A DNA stretch of 64,000 nt from Scyliorhinus canicula (Eukaryota): positions 80,765,072-80,829,071 of the forward strand of contig NC_052154.1 in NCBI RefSeq assembly GCF_902713615.1, given 5' to 3'. Below, piece by piece: positions 48,591 through 61,894 of this stretch (within the stretch, counting starts at the first letter, position 1; each line of letters starts with the position of its first letter). Made by a program: the position numbers and the translations under genes. Below the pieces are notes generated by a model. The model was not told the origin of the DNA. It did not search any database and was given only the letters and a program-made list of their open reading frames with translations.

Positions 48591-48859
48591 GCGAACATTT
48601 CTCCCATTCTGGCAGCGCGACCAGCAAAGCACAAAGTGCCAATTTATGCATTACTGAGCGAACTTTGTTGGCCTTGAACATTTGCCAAGTATTTGCAACG
48701 TTTTCGGGAAAACACGGTGTTTTACGCATTAGAAATAACAATTGGAGCTACCAAAGGGTATAGTTTCAAAGGACTGCAGCATTAAACTGTCCAGCTTCAA
48801 CCATCCCAGGACCAGAGGAAAGAGGGGGAAACCACTGCAAATTTTTATCAGGGACAGTC

Positions 48860-50500
48860 AGCGTGGCTTTGTTTGTGTGGGTGTGTGTGTTTGGGGAGGG
48901 GGGGGGGGGGGGCGGTCATGCCTAAATAACTTGATTGACTCTTTTGAGGAGGTGACGAGGTGTGTAAATGAGGGCAGCGCAGTTGACGTAGTTCATATGG
49001 ATTTCAGCAAAGCCTTTGACAATTTCCACATGGGAGACTGAGAAAGAAGGTAAAAGCACATGGGATCCAGGGTGACGTGCAAGTTGGATCCAAAATTGGC
49101 TTAGTGATAGGAGACAGACGGTGGTGATAGGAGGCTGTTTGTGGGACTGAAGACTTGTTTCCAGTGGCAACAGGATCAGTGGCGAGTCCCTTACTGTTGT
49201 GATATATATGAACGATATATGAGGAAATGTGGGTTGGGGGGGAGGGAGAGGGACAGGGATGGCAGTTGACACGAATATTGGCAGCGTGGTTGCACGTGAA
49301 GAAGAAGGTCTTGGGTTACAGGAGGATATGGACGGATTGACCAGATGGGCAGACCAGTGACAGATAGAAGTTGACCTTGATAAGTGTGAGGTGATGCACA
49401 TTTGAAGGAGTAACACGACATGGGATTAATCAATGAATGGCGGGACACTAGTAAGCTGAGAGGAACAGAGTGATCTTCGAGAGATTGTCCACAGATCCCT
49501 AAAACCTGCCAGACAGGTTAGTTGGGTACTTAAGAGGGCATGTGGGATACTTGCCTTTATCAGTCGTGGCATAGATCGTAAGAGCCGGGAGGTTCTGTTG
49601 GCACTGTACAGGACTTTGGTTCGGCCACAGCTGGAGTACTGTATTCAGTTCTGGTCACTGCACTATAGGAATAATGTGATTGCACGAGAGAGCGTGTAGT
49701 AGATTCGTCAGAATGTTGCATGGGATGGAGCATTTTAGCTATGTAGAGAAGCTGGACGAGCTTGGATTGTTTTCTTTGGAGCAGTGAAGGCTCAGAGGGG
49801 ACTTCATTGAAGTGTATAAAATTGACTGATATGGAGAGGGTGTATAAAAACAGTTGTTCCTTTTAGTTGAACAGTCAATAACAAGTTGGAATAATTCTAA
49901 GGCGAAAAGTGTGAGATTTAGAGATATTTCAAAGTCTTTTTCACCCAGACGGTTATAACAATCTGTAGTGTACTGTCTCAAGGGTAGTTGAGGCACGAAA
50001 CTTCACAATATGAACACTTGAAACGTCATTATATTCTAGGCTATGGGCCAAGTGCTGAGAACTGGGATTAGTGTACAAAGGAGTATTTCTTGTCGTCGAT
50101 CCAGGCTTGATGGATCGAAGGGCCTCTTCTGTACATTTTCTGATTCTGTGATTCTATTTCCTGCAAGGAAATAGATTTAATGCAAGGATGTTTGAAGCTT
50201 TACATTCGGCTGTGAAGGAGGCAATTTAAAATAAAGGTGCAGAAGCAGAAGGTCAAGGCGTACATGTGGGCAAATCTTTGAAGGTGACAAGGCAGGTTCA
50301 GAAAGTGGTTCATGAAATATACAGGATCCTGGGCTGTAATAATTGGGGCCTAGAGCACATGCACCAGGAAGTAAGAACAAATCTGTACGCAATTACCGGC
50401 TGCAGCGATGCGGTGAGCAATTGCGTGCAAGGTGTCTCCCATTCAGCGACACACTTTTGGTCCTTATCACCGGATTTACGGGTGTAATTTTAAAAAAGCA
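48860..50500 (+). mobile_element. Degenerate CR1 RT and 3' fragments
   Basis: VVHMDFSKAFD (ORF 48742-49041) and downstream gttcggccacagctggagtac. Confidence 0.75.
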
Positions 50501-50509
50501 AGCAAATTT

Positions 50510-51110
50510 GCACTTACTGGTCTCTCCTCCGAGGCGGGACGACTGCAGGGGTAAAACCTGGCAGAAGACTCGTCGACGTTCCACATCTGATTCCGCAGTA
50601 ACTGGTGGTGAGGGGAAAAAAACGTGGCGGATCACCCGAGATCGTCAAGTCCTTCCCTGGAGCCAACAGATAAAGTGATGGAATTCCTTGCGGAGCAGTT
50701 CCATAAGCAGAGGTAGTTGATGATGGAAATTCTTTCAAAGCAATCGAGGGAGTGGTGGCCCCTCCTTCGGTTAACTTGGGAGAGGTAGAGCAGCAGATGG
50801 AGGTACAAGCCATGAAGATCCCTGAGATGGAAGGGGCGGTCTCGTATCATTGTGACCGGATTGCCTCTTTGGGCCCTGAGGTTTTTGTTGATGGTGAGAC
50901 CCATAAGGTTTTAAGAGCCAAGTTTGAAGACCAAGGGAGCAGGTCCAGCGACCAGAATCTGGGCTACCACATGACCTCCCGAGGTTGACTGGGCCCACCG
51001 GTCACTGTGGCATAAGTTGAAATCCAGGGAAGCACCGCTGATGGCCATAGTCCACCTTCATAGATTTCTCCGTAAAGAGTGGGTCTTGAAATGGGCGAAA
51101 GTCACAACGG
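50510..51110 (+). mobile_element. L1 ORF1 remnant
   Basis: LRAKFEDQGSRSSDQNL (ORF 50752-50988) resembles ORF1 'LEDLENRSRRxNL'. Confidence 0.55.
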
Positions 51111-51924
51111 AAAGTTATCGGGGAGGGCACCGTATTCGTGTTTACCAGGACATCGGTGTCGAACTGGCAAAGCGCTGAGCTGGGGACAACAAGGCAAAGG
51201 CAAAAATGAGGTGCAAGTTGGAATCGTGTAAGCAGTTCGACTGTGGGTCATGTTTAAAACAAGAACACTGGGCAGGATTGCCCTTTCTTTCCCCATGCTC
51301 GCTGGAAGACAGGCGAGAATCACTGTGGACTTTTTCCTCGAGGCCCGGGGTGATTTCAAGTGGGCTAGCAGGGCCCCGATGTGCATCCCGCAACTCTGGC
51401 TGCCTGAGGGGCCCCACAGGTATGCCCAGGCGGCCACGCATGCGCATGGCGGCTGGCCGCGGGTCCGCACATTCGCGTGGCAGCCACGTTCGTGCCGGCA
51501 CCCACGCAACATGGCAAAGCCCTACAGGGACCCGGCGCGGAGGAACATAGCACCCCGGAATGATCGGTAGCCCCAGACCGTGGGCATGGCCATTGTGGAG
51601 GCCCCCCTGGAGTTGGATCCCCTCTGCCCCCCACAAGGATGGCCCCCGCAACCAGAACGCCGAGGTCCCACCGGGTGGGACCACATGTGAATCACGTCGG
51701 TGGGACTCAGCGGCCACTCAGCCCAACGAGCGAGGAGATTCGCTGCGAGGGCCACTTTCAACGGCACCTGACTGGTGGCGCATCACTCGCACATGTGTTC
51801 CTGGCGGGTCAACGGAGAATCGCGGAGCGCAGTCACGCTGGGCAAAATTCTCTGCAAATGCGGAGAGTCATATAGGCTGCCGTGAAACTAGCTGTGTTTC
51901 ACGGCAGCCTTCATGCCCGTTCCC

Positions 51925-52452
51925 GGGACCCGATTCTCCACCCCCCCAATCGGGGCTAGGAGCGGGACCCCGGGAATCACGGCGTTGCGGCCTTAACGAC
52001 CATGCGCGGGTGATGTCATCACACCATTGACGGAACCCGCGCATGCGCGGTTCCGCATTTCTCCACCACCGCCCGACAAGATGTGGCGGCTTGATCTTGT
52101 CGGGCGGCGGAGGGGAAATAGTGCATCCCTTTTGGACGCAGGCCTGACGATTGGTGGGCACCGATCACGGGCATGTCCCCTCCTGAGCACAATGGTGGTG
52201 CTCCCACCCCAAACGGGCCTCTGGATGCCCCAAACGGGCATGCAGTGCCCGTTTGTACGACGGCAGCAAGCAAGTATGTTTGCTGCTGTGAAAAAACGGG
52301 CGTAATGACCGGCCGCTCGGCCCATCGGCCGCGAAGAATCGTGTCGTGGATCGGGCGGGGGGGGGGGGGGAGAATAGCGGGAGGGCGCAAAAAATGCCGG
52401 GATGTCCTCCCGCTATTCTCTCAACCAGCGTGGGGGGCGGAGAATCGCGCCC
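51925..52452. mobile_element. GC-rich MITE with terminal inverted repeats
   Basis: Left gggacccgattctccacccccc, right ggggggcggagaatcgcgccc. Internal palindrome. Confidence 0.65.
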
Positions 52453-52706
52453 AGGATTTCCGGCATGAATGGCTATTCTCTCCCCCCACACTGGGCGAGA
52501 TTCCAGCGCAGAGGCTCGGAGAATCCCGCCCCATTACCTTAAAATGCTGGAGAAGGCGAATGACTTCATGAGGAGGAGTGGACGAGGAGAGATATGATTG
52601 TGATTTATTTTGGAGATTTTCGAATTTTGCCCGTTCATGATTATAGTTCCTGTCACTGTTTCCTGTTTTAGCTATTTGGGGTTCCGTTTGCTTCTTCTTG
52701 TGTATA

Positions 52707-53020
52707 GGCAGCACGGTAGCATTGTGGATAGCACAATTGCTTCACAGCTCCAGGGTCCCAGGTTTAATTCTGGCTTGGTCACTGTCTGTGCGGAGTCTGC
52801 ACATCCTCCCGGTGTGTGCGTGGGTTTCCTCCGGGTGCTCCGGTTTCCTCCCACAGTCCAAAGATGTGCAGATTAGATGGATTGTCCATGATAAATTTCC
52901 CTTAGTGTTGGGTGGGGTTGCTGGGTTCTGGGGATTGGGTGGAGGTGTTGACCTTGGGTAGGGTGCTCTTTCCAAGAGCCAGTGCAGACTCGAATGGCCT
53001 CCTTCTGTACTGTCAATTCT
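52707..53020 (+). mobile_element. HE1-like SINE, full length
   Basis: ggcagcacggtagcattgtggatagcac head, core and tail. Confidence 0.85.
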
Positions 53021-53059
53021 ATGATAAACTATGATGATAGTATGAAATAGTTTCATTTG

Positions 53060-56000
53060 TCAATGAACGGTGTGGACACTCTTTTTTGCCTAATGTGCAC
53101 TTTTGTTTTGGTTTGGATAAAGGACTGGAGTAAGTGGATGTCTGTCTCTTTCTGGTTGGGATTTGACACTTGCTTTCTCTCTTTCTGACTTGCTGGATGA
53201 TAGCCGCTTGACTAATAGTTTTGCTAGTTAATGGAAGCAACGTGGGGTGGGGGCTGCGGCTAGATGCTTGGGGTGGGAACGGTTTCTGTTTTGTTTGTTG
53301 GCTGAGGTAATGGGTTTAGGTTGGTTGGGGTTTCTGTGTGGGAGGTGGAAGGAGGAATGAGTGGGTGCCTATTGGAGCTGAGAGGGATAGGTATCAGATG
53401 TCTGGAGGGTGAGGGTTGGAAGGGTGTTTGCTGGATGTGGGCGGGGGGTCAGAAGAGGCGGTAGGTATAATGCTGGCAACGAGGGTATTTTTCTGTATTT
53501 GCTTATGTTAGGTTGGAGGCAGTATCCATCTTAGATGAGTCTGGATTCGAGGTAGGTTGAGGCCCAGTTGGAGGTCCTCATGGAGGGAATATGGTTGACT
53601 CTACTCGAAGGAGGTTCCAAGGCCCCCACTGGATTGATGATGTGGAAGTGTAGCCACCAAAGTTGGCCATTCCCTGAATACAAAATGGAGGAATGCAAAG
53701 CATATAGGATAAAATGGACAATGTTTGCAGCGCCAGCAGGCTGCACCTAGCAGGTATGGATTCTGTCTGCTAAGAAAGCAGACAGCACCGAAACGAACAT
53801 TCCGCATACTAATGAGGCAATCACCGGGATAATTAGCATGTTAATGGAACGATTCCAGATACAATGGACACAATTGGGGAAGCAACTGCAACATTGTAAA
53901 GGGTACCAGACACTCAGGCACCAGCAAGGTTCGAAAACAAAGAGCCTGGAAGCCCGCCCAGTAGCTAAGGGACAGCCTCAGTATTGGGGTGATTCAAACA
54001 TATCGATTGGGAAGAGACCCAATCGATTCCAAGCAGGTAAGGGAGTCTGCCCAAAGGGGCACGGATCCCTGGGACCTATGAAAGACAGGTCCCACACATG
54101 CTTCAGTCTTCTCCTCCAGCCCTCCTCTCTCTTTGACTAGCACTCCTCCATGGACCAGCACCTCGACCAGCTTTTGCCAAGAAGACCTTGAACGAGAGAG
54201 AGGAGAGGGTTCGGACAGCAGCTGCCAGCAAATAAGTGCCTCACAATGATCGCTACCAGAGATAGACACTCCTGGCCCCTTTTAACTTATATCAACTTGA
54301 AGTCTGCAGAGCGGGGGCGAAATTCTCCGACGCCCAGCAGGGTCGGAGAATTGCCTGGGGGCACCTAAAATCCCGCCCCCGCCGTGGCAGAGATTCTCCG
54401 CCACCCGGGAAGTGGCGGAGGCAGGAATCTCGCCCCGCCGATCGGAGAGGCCCCTGCGGCGATTCTCCGGCCCAGATGGGCCGAGGTTCCGCCGCTGGGA
54501 GGCCTCTCCCGCCGCCGAGGTTTAAACCACCTCTGGAACGGCGGGCCCAGCGGCGCGAGCAGGCCCCTGGGGTCCTGGGGGGGTGGGGGGCGATCGGACC
54601 CCGGGGGGGTGCCCCCACGGTGGCCTGCCCGCGATCGGGGCCCCCCGATCAGGGGCCGGGCCAGTGCCCTGGGTGCACTATGTTCCTCCGCGACCGCCAT
54701 GGCGGAGGCGGAAGGGAACACCACATCGCGCCTGCGCCGGCAGTGACATCAGCGGCCAGCCCCGCTGCCGGGGGCGCCGGGTGTTTGCGCCGGTCTTCTG
54801 GTGCAAACCGCTCCGGCGCGGGGTGCGACCCCTGAGTGGTTGGCGCCACTCCCCTACTCCGGCACCCTCCGTCACGCCGGGTAGGGGAGAATGCCGCCCC
54901 AGAGCAGAGCAAGAGGCCTTGTTCCCTCGAGATAAGTATTAGTTTATTTAGCGGTAGGAATAAGTTTAATCCTTTTAGCGTGTGCATGGGTAGTTATTAT
55001 AATTGTATTATAATAAACTCAGTTGATTGGACTTACTAATTGATGTATGGTTTTATTGCTTTGAACTTCACCTTGAACTTGTGGCGGTGTCTTAACGATA
55101 CCAGGCGACTCCAGAGCTAAGTAAAGAAACAGAGCCAAATTGAGTGTTATGCACACTCACCCAGAACGGCCAACAGTTGGGGCCCAGTTGGAGGTCCTCA
55201 TGGAGGGAATATGGCTGACTCTACTCGAAGGAGGTTCCAAGGCCCCTACTGGATTGGTGATGTGGAATGTATGGGGACTTAATTGACCGGTTAAAAGATC
55301 CCGGATATTTCCTAGTTTGAGGACTTTGAATGCAGAAATACTCTTCTTGCAGGAGACACATTTGGAAATTAGTGATCCGATGAACAGAGGAAAATGTGAG
55401 TGGGGCAGGTATTGCACTTGAATCTTGATTCCAGGTTGGTAGATCCGTGGAGAATTAGTCACTCAAGTGAGCGGAAGTTTTTCTTCTTCTCTCACTGTGC
55501 CAGGTCTACTCCACAATAGATTACTTAATTGTGGGAAAGGTGTTCCTCCTGGGTATGGTCAGAGCTGGGTATTTGACAATTGTAAAATCGGAACATGCTT
55601 CACACTATGTGGATGTGCGATTCGAGATGGGCCGAGCTCAGTGCCCACCATGGAGATTGGACACGTGACTTTTCGCAAATGAGGGGTTTTGTGAAGTATT
55701 GCTTCGGCCATAGAGAATTATGTAGATTCCAGCCAGAATGGAGAGGTCTCGCCTTCCACGTTCTCGGAAGAGTTGAAGGTGGTGATCAGAAGAGAAATAA
55801 TATTGTCCAAGGCGCACAAGAATGAGGCTGGCAGGGCTAAAAGGCAGAGCTTGGCGGACTTAATCTTAGAGGTACATCGACAGAATTCCACAGCCGCTAC
55901 TGAAGAGTTGTTGGCAGAGAGAAAGGGACTATAAATTATGGTTGAGCTTGAATCGATGGGGAATGCGGTGAGCTAGATTCACCATTTGCGAGGGCCATTT

Positions 56001-56407
56001 TATGAGCATGGGGATAAAGCCAGAGGAGTGTTGGCTCACCAATTGAGACGGCAGACAGCCACACGGGTGTCCAGGTTAACATCAGGGGGCTGAGCTTGTT
56101 ATTGCCCTGGACAAGGTTAATGGAGTTTTTTAGTTTATTTATCGAGGACTGTACAAGTCTGAACTGCCGGAGGATGGCTCAAAGATGGAACAATCTTTGA
56201 ACGGATTGGATGTCCCGATGATAGAAAGGATGAAGAGGGAAGGATCGGAGGCATGGTTGAGGTTGGAGCAAGTTACCGACAGTATTGCTTCCATGCAATT
56301 GGGTAAAGCACCAGGGCTGGATGGTTTTCCTGTAGAATGTTACAAACAGTTTGCGGCACTGTTGGCACCGCAGTTACTTGGAATGTTCAATCACTCTCTG
56401 CTGAGGT

Positions 56408-56440
<33 letters not shown>

Positions 56441-57180
56441 CGGTTTGCTGTCAGCCGCGATGATGCAGGCCCAACTTCTTTAATCCAGAGCAAGGCCAAA
56501 TATTCTCTTGAGTGTGGGTCTTATGGCCTATTTAGCTATCAATTTCAAAAATGAAAATACTAGCTACGGTTCTGGTGAAATGTTTGGAGGGGGGTTTACC
56601 AGGAGTCATCTCTGAGGACCAGACAGGGTTTATAAGGGGCATACAGTTGTCGTCCAATATTAGGTGGCTTTTGTATGTGGCCATGTCGTCCTCCGTGTAG
56701 CATGTGCCCGAGGTAATCATCTCCATGAATGCAGAGAAAGTGTTTGCCTGTATGGAGTGCAACTACCTCTTCGAGTTCTTGGAGAGATTTGGGTTTGGTC
56801 GTACTTTTATTTCATGGGTGAAACTATTATATAATGCCTTACAGCTAGTGCCCGGACCAATGCTGTGAACTCAAGATATTTCTGACAGCAAAGGGGCACA
56901 AGACAGGAATGACCGCTGTCTCCAATATTTTTTGCACTAGTGATGGAACCATTGGCTATTGCACTTAGATTGTTAGGGGGAATGAAAAGGAATTGAGATT
57001 GGGGGTGGGGGTGAAACACATAGCATGTCCCTTTATGCAGACAATTTGTGATCCTCTCACAGGACTGGGAGAAATTATGGCACTGTTGAAACATTTGGAT
57101 CCTTTTCAAGGTACAGATTGAATATAATCAAGAGCGAAATATTCTCAGTAAGTTCCCTGGGGAAGAGGACAGATCTGTGG
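53060..57180 (+). mobile_element. Fragmented degenerate L1 (spacer, EN start at about 53560 and 55180, RT at about 56180-57100)
   Basis: VMWNVWGLN*PVKRS at about 55260, GKAPGLDGFPVECYK (ORF 56185), and DQTGF/AEKVF remnants. Confidence 0.75.
54314..54900. mobile_element. GC-rich MITE related to 51925-52452
   Basis: Termini ggggcgaaattctcc and ggagaatgccgcccc, with subterminal gattctcc/ggagaat repeats. Confidence 0.65.
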
Positions 57181-57189
57181 AGGCGAGGA

Positions 57190-59300
57190 ACTGTTTCATC
57201 CCCGAGTCCCTTGGTGTGGGTTCCGAGGTGTACAGTCCCTGGTAAAAGGCCTCGAAGGTTTAGTTGACATTTTCTGGGTCTGTCTCCAATGTGCCTCTGT
57301 TGTCTCTAATTTGCGCGATCTCTCTAGTACCTTCCTGCTTTCTTAGCTGGTCTGCCAGCAGGCAGCTGGCTTTGTCTCCGTGTTTGTATAGGGTCCCCCG
57401 TGCCTGGTAGAGTTGGTGCATTGCTTTCCTCATGGAGAGTAGGTCAAAGTCCATTTGTAGCTTTTTCCTCTTCGGCGTGGGCTCTACGGTGAGGACCTCA
57501 GAATATTTATGATCTACCTCCAGTATGGAGTCGACCAACTGCTGCCTAGCAGCCCTTTCCTGCCTGTCTCTTTGCTCTTTGTAGGCGCTAAGTTACTCTC
57601 TAATCATGACCTTTAGTGCCTCCCAGAACAACCCCATTTACCCTCAGCTGTGGCCTGTGATACCCTCTCGCTGAAAGCCATGTCAGCTAGTGGGGCAGTG
57701 TCCAACCTTAATGTGGGGTGTTGGGCCTTGTCCGTCTCCAACCTCACATCTATATAATGTGGAGTGTGGGCAGAGATTACGATTACGGAGTATTCCGCTT
57801 CGACCAGCCCTGGAAGAACCAATTTCCCCATCACAAAGAGGTTGATCCTAGAGCATACGTAGTGCACTGGGGAGAAGAAGGAGAACTCTTTCTCCCCTGG
57901 GTGGGTGAACCTCCATGGGCCCACTGTCCCCGTCTGCTTCATAATCCGACCGAGTTTATTTGCCATATTTGAAGTCGTCCCCGTTCTGGGGTTCGATCTG
58001 TCTGCTCATGAGTCCTGTACACAGTTAAAGTCCCCCCCCCCCTCATGCACCCTCCCCACCCCCCATGATCAATCAGTGCGTGTCTCTATGTCGGGGATTT
58101 CTGCCATGATCTTTTTAATGAATTTTGCGTCGCCTCAGTTGGGAGTGTACATTTTGACGAGTCCTACCGGTGCCCCATCTATGGCCCCGCTGACAATGGC
58201 GTACTGTGCCCCTGGGTCCGTAACCATCTTTGTCGCCTGAAACATCCTCTTACTGATCAGTATTGCCACCCTCTTGGCCGTCGTCCTGTAACAGGAACGG
58301 CAGGTCTGTCTCGCCCAGCCATTCCTTACCTGCAGTCGGTCCTGCTCTCTCAGGTGTGACTCTTGAAGGAAGATTATGTCAGCTTTCATGTTTCTTAAGT
58401 GGGTGAAGACTCTGGATCTTTTCGCTGGGCCATTGAGTCCCCTGACGTTCCAGGTGACTTTCCTGGTGGACTGTTTTTGTCCCGCTGCTCCTGTGGGATT
58501 AACCATACTTTTCTCGTGAACGTGTCGCTGCACTCTGGGGTTTGCCTTTTTTAGGGGGCCATCCAAGACGGCCACAGTTACTGCTCTCCTCCATGCGGTC
58601 AGGTCCCTGTGTGCTGGGGTTTCCCTTTGTCCAGGAGGCATGCAACCTGGCCGCCAACTGTGCGTCTGCCATGTGGATCTGCCCCTGCACTCTGGGGTTT
58701 CCCTTTTTGCAGGGTGTGCCAGACATGACGGCCAACTGTGCATCCACCATGTGGGTAGGTTCTTGTACTCTGGGGTCTCCCTTCGCTCAGAGACCGTACT
58801 GGGTGGTTGCTTGCAATGCTTCCTTCCTCTGGGCCCCTGGTTGTGGCCCTTTGTAGCCATCTTGCTGAGCTCACTGTGCTCCTATTTTACCCCCTATCCT
58901 TATGCCCCCCATCTCCCCTTCCCCCCTTATCTCCCTTTTCTCTGCGTCCACCTTGGCAGGAGCTCTAAAGAAGTTCCTTGCCATCATATGTGACCCAGAG
59001 CATTGCTGGGTACAGCATACCAAAGTGTACGCCGTTCTTGTACAGAGCTGCTTTTGCCCTGTTGAATTCCACCCCTCTCCTGGGCAGGTTAGCCCCAATG
59101 TTCTGATATAGCCTTATTCTATGTCCTCACCAGCTACAGTTCTTGGACTGCCTGGCCCAGCGCAGGATTCTTTACTGGTCCTGATACCGGTGTAGTTTGC
59201 CTATTACTGCCCTTGGTTGTTCCCCAGCTTTGGGTTTTGGGCACAGCGACCAATGTTCCCTGTCTATTTCTGGTGGGTTCGGAAAAGTGTCAACTGGGCA
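57190..59300 (-). mobile_element. Degenerate L1 (ORF1 end, spacer, EN and linker), tail-to-tail with the preceding L1
   Basis: ORF 58135-58860 contains TWNVRGLNGPAKRSRVF...FLQESHL. ORFs 57613 and 57260 are EN and linker remnants. Confidence 0.85.
58535..58850. repeat. ~78-bp minisatellite, four diverged units
   Basis: ctgggg anchors at 58535, 58614, 58692 and 58770 (spacing 79, 78, 78). Confidence 0.8.
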
Positions 59301-60690
59301 GTCCAGGAAGAGCAAGCACGCTGTGCAGGAGTCCCATGGGATCCCGCTCACAAATCGTAATTCCATTTTGGAAGACGATGAGGGCACTGGTATCTCAGAG
59401 GAGTGCAGTCAGAGCCTGAGTTCTGGCACCACAAAGCGGCTTGACTGTGCAAGGGTGAGGGGGAGGGGGAGGTGGAGGAAGAGGAAAGGAAGTACAATAG
59501 TAATAGGGGATTCATTAGTCAGGGGAGTTTAACGTGCGTTTCTGTGGCCAGAAACGTGACTCCAGGATAGCGTGTTGCCTCCCTGGTGCCAGAGTTAGGG
59601 ATATCACTGAACGGTTGCAGGGCATCCTAAAGTGTGCATATGTGTGGGGTTGGGGGGGGGGGGGGGGGTTGAAAAGCCAGAGGTCGGGGTACATGTTGAT
59701 ACCAGCAATACAGGTAGAATGCAGGATGAGATTTTGCATCAAGAATTCTGGGAGGTAGAGATTAGATTAAAAAGCAGGACCTCTGAGGTTGTAATTTCTG
59801 GATTACTCCTGTTGCCAGGTGCTAGTGAGTATAGAAATTGGAAAATAGGGCAGAAGAACGCATGGCTCAAGAGTTTGTGCAGAACGAAGGGTTTGACATT
59901 ATTTGATTCCTGGGACCATTTCTCGTGAAGGAGCGACATGCACAAGAGGTACGTCTGCACCTGAACAACATTGGGACCAATATCCTTGCAGATAGGTTTG
60001 CTAGTGCTGTTGGGAAGAGTTTAGTTGGGCAGGGGGAAAGGACACAGAATATTATTAAAATAGAGACACATCATGCTATAGTAAAGGAAGCAAGTCAGAG
60101 TGCATTCAGCTATGTTGAATGTCAAGAGAGTAAATCAAGACTGGATGGTCTTTACTTTAAATCTATGAGTGCAATAGGTAAGGCAGATGAGTTAAGCATG
60201 TGGATTGACACATGGAATTGTGACAAAGTTGCCATCACAGAGACATAGTTAAGGAAAGGCCAGGACTGGCAATTTAACATTCTGTGCTTGAAGATCTTTA
60301 GGTGAGACCGAGGAGGGTGTAATTATACGAGAGGATTTCAACTTCCACAACATAACAGAATTGCTGGATCTGGTTCTGGGAACGAAGCCGTACAAGTCCA
60401 CCATGGCAGCGGGGAAGCTTTTTAGTGATAGGGTCCACAATATGGTATGGTTCAAGTTTGTTATGGATTACAAAAAAGGTGACCTTCAAAGATGCCTTTG
60501 GAGGGGCAAGGCAGATTTTACTAAAATAAGGCATTTTCTGGCCAACGTTGACTTTGAACAGCTTCTTTACGGAAAATCTACAGCGGAGCAGGGGAGGGCT
60601 TTCGAAAATGAAAGGGGGTGATTACAGTTCCAAATGTTCCCCAAAGGTGGAAAGGTAAGAGTAATACGTTCAGGGAATCGTGCGTGTCTA
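59300..60690 (+). mobile_element. Old CR1 with SGNH-esterase ORF1 and EN remnants
   Basis: VIGDSLVRG, CCLPGARVRDITERL, LHLNNIGTNILA, and EN remnant VAITET. Confidence 0.8.
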
Positions 60691-61204
60691 GAACAACCCG
60701 GAACTGATGCAGATATATGGTCAGAATGTCACCCAGCATTCAAGCATAACATCAAGTTTGCAAACAATCTGGCTCACTACAGGCAGTTGCCTAAGAGAGG
60801 CGTGGAGTATACGCTTAGGGATTAATTTTGATACAGAGACGTGTTTTCCGCTGACAGAGTGGTATGTGTGGAAAGCATTCACATAGTTAAACCCGGGCTT
60901 CATATAGAGGTGCAAGTTTTCATTGGAAGCTGTTCTCAGTTTCCAATGAAAACCGGAAAAAAATCTATTTGTATCAATCGCGATGGTTTTCAGCCCTTTA
61001 TGGGGTTTGGTGTTTCGAAAGGTTCCGTGATGCTCGCTGGAGCATTTTATTGCGTGAAAGGCACGATATAAATACTGTACAAGCTAATATTGTACAGAAA
61101 CCTTTGGAAAATATTTTTAAACCCTTGTTTTTTGTTGGCCATGCTGCAGTTGAGTTCAAAAGCTGCCGAACGTTCACAACGAAACCTATTTTGGAACAAA
61201 CGGA

Positions 61205-61225
61205 CACAGGATGTCAAACGTCATT
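61205..61225 (+). promoter_or_regulatory. Conserved promoter element with CRE half-site (cassette 1)
   Basis: cacaggatgtcaaacgtcatt, followed by RUNX-type TGCGGT (61287-61292) and E-box CAGCTG (61300-61305). Confidence 0.65.
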
Positions 61226-61320
61226 GCGCTGGTTTTCAGATTAAATATTCAGCAGACACTTAACATAGCGGCAAACTCACGGCCAGTGCGGTCAGACATC
61301 AGCTGAACCTTTATCCGGGA

Positions 61321-61381
61321 ATGATGTCGCGTGTGGCCCCTGTGTTCATATTCCTGTGTCTCCCGAGGATCATTTCAACAG
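61321..61381 (+). CDS. Cassette 1 leader exon
   Basis: MMSRVAPVFIFLCLPRIIST, phase-1 donor G|gtatct. Confidence 0.85.
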
Positions 61382-61573
61382 GTATCTGGATATTCTCTAC
61401 CCTAGATGTCTTATTAAAAAATAAATATTTCGGAGTTCTCACGGCAATTGAACCAAATATAGTTCGTCCGTCAAAATCTCTTTTGCATTTCCATGCATTA
61501 TTATGTTCTAAAGTCTCTAGTTTCGCATTGAATACAATTAATTAATAAAAACCTTAAATATATTTGATAACAG

Positions 61574-61894
61574 GCGCTCCAGCAACTTCGATCAGTGTGT
61601 CTCAAAGTCCCAAACAGGTATCTATATTAAGGGGGACAAACATCACCTTCTACTGCATAATCCCACTTTCTCATGATAATGTCGGTGTCGAAGTGCGTTG
61701 GTGGAAACAAGGTGAGAATAAATACCTCGCAAATGGAGTCGATGGAAGAAAACGATTTGATCTCAAAAGCAAAGGAGGTGGTGTATTTGAGCTGCGAAAC
61801 GCTACTCTCCAGGACTCAGGAACCTATCACTGCGGAGTGATCCGTGACGGAAAATATAGTGGAAATGGGACAGGATCCAGTTTAACTGTTTGGG
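61574..61894 (+). CDS. Cassette 1 germline-joined VJ-type Ig exon (NCR3/NKp30-like)
   Basis: ataacag acceptor and G|gtaagt donor, 321 bp. TFYC, RWW, DSGTYHC and GTGSSLTV. 55/107 identical to the gene 1 V domain without gaps (hand count). Confidence 0.93.

Noticed and set aside
48560-48660. Signal-peptide-like MHKLALCALLVALPEWEK on the minus strand
   Set aside because: It runs straight into a SINE head, has no suitable donor, and no Ig exon lies downstream.
51102-52714. Dense cluster of 60-190 aa ORFs on both strands (also 54292-54987)
   Set aside because: High GC content in MITEs suppresses stop codons, and there are no protein motifs.
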